DNA of 64,000 nucleotides from Vulcanimicrobiota bacterium (GTDB lineage Bacteria; Vulcanimicrobiota; Xenobia; Xenobiales; JADMJV01): NCBI GenBank assembly GCA_019637395.1, contig JAHBVR010000012.1, positions 193,842 to 257,841 of the forward strand, read 5' to 3'. Shown piece by piece: positions 63,801 to 64,000 of this stretch (position 1 is its first letter; each line of letters starts with the position of its first letter). The notes under the pieces were generated by a model. It saw only the letters and a program-made list of their open reading frames with translations, ran no database searches and was not told where the DNA came from. The position numbers and the translations under genes were made by a program.

Positions 63801-64000
63801 ATGTCCGAGCTTCAAGATCCATCCACTATCTTCGCGCGTATGCGGCCGAACCGCACCGATATGGATTCTTTCAACCGGCTGGTCGATACCGCCGCCGACC
63901 ACCTGGAGGGTCATTCCGATGTGTCGGAGGTGGAGGCTCAACTGGCCATCGTCGACCAGGATCTCGGGCATCTGCGGCTGCAATTTGAAAACGGCCTGCG
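63801..64000 (+). CDS. Partial CDS (N-terminus only), hypothetical
   Basis: ATG at 63801 (MSELQDPSTIFARMRPNRTDMDSF…) stays open to the window end. It is not in the track because there is no stop. Confidence 0.4.
   Translation, partial: MSELQDPSTIFARMRPNRTDMDSFNRLVDTAADHLEGHSDVSEVEAQLAIVDQDLGHLRLQFENGL

Noticed and set aside
1-64000. CRISPR array, rRNA, tRNA, insertion sequences/transposases, integrase
   Set aside because: No regularly spaced 25 to 40 bp direct repeats, no rRNA-like conserved stretches, no tRNA signatures, and no transposase/integrase motifs (DDE, tyrosine-recombinase R…HxxR…Y) were found in any sizeable ORF.

Overview
This is a high-GC (about 65%) bacterial chromosomal window, densely coding on both strands with no rRNA, tRNA or CRISPR array seen. 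The genes I can support are the following.

- **1 to 6.7 kb:** a MacAB-like tripartite ABC efflux operon (adaptor, ATPase, FtsX permease), then a partial downstream membrane protein with a degenerate trypsin-like domain, then a fusion of a solute-binding-like domain with a PQQ beta-propeller.
- **7 to 12 kb:** a flavin monooxygenase-like oxidoreductase, then a long minus-strand run of ComF, a sugar-1-phosphate nucleotidyltransferase, a WecB/TagA glycosyltransferase and a sensor histidine kinase, ending at a rho-independent terminator.
- **12 to 23 kb:** small membrane and secreted proteins, NUDIX, an LLM oxidoreductase, a TerB-like protein, an HD-domain protein, threonine synthase, a phosphodiester glycosidase, an LD-carboxypeptidase and a dienelactone hydrolase.
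- **23.6 to 25.5 kb:** an apparently lower-GC island encoding a secreted beta-propeller.
- **25.5 to 33.3 kb:** Dus, creatininase and a secreted adenosine deaminase. These sit beside an unusual cluster: a PF01909-type nucleotidyltransferase, two paralogous His-box membrane proteins, an alpha/beta-hydrolase lipase and two Gly/Ala-rich glycine-zipper proteins. Five of these proteins share a conserved N-terminal 'MKIQ + Pro-rich + DSV(Q/E)' module. A sixth Gly-rich member lies at 15 kb.
- **33.5 to 39.7 kb:** an RND efflux operon (outer-membrane factor, RND pump, periplasmic adaptor) with a palindromic operator-like site at its start.
- **40 to 49 kb:** two hypothetical genes, a patatin-like phospholipase fused to a PhnD-like binding domain and membrane helices, a TPR protein and a VIT-vWA protein. 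The TPR gene is flanked by copies of a short G-rich inverted-repeat element.
- **49 to 53.5 kb:** a four-gene hypothetical operon.
- **53.6 to 62.8 kb:** a DUF983 zinc-ribbon protein, then three minor-pseudopilin-like genes (K, I and J like) divergent from a 1938-aa thioester-containing alpha-2-macroglobulin lipoprotein, followed by acylphosphatase.
- **62.9 to 64 kb:** a Met/Gln/Gly-rich low-complexity protein carrying a CHAP domain, and a partial unannotated ORF running off the window end.

The most distinctive candidates for something new are the shared-N-terminal-module protein family around 28.7 to 33.3 kb (plus 15 kb), and the A2M / pseudopilin / VIT-vWA / TPR / patatin neighbourhood.

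Coordinates of non-ORF features are by eye and may be off by a few bases. Protein family calls rest on motifs I could read in the translations, not on any database search.
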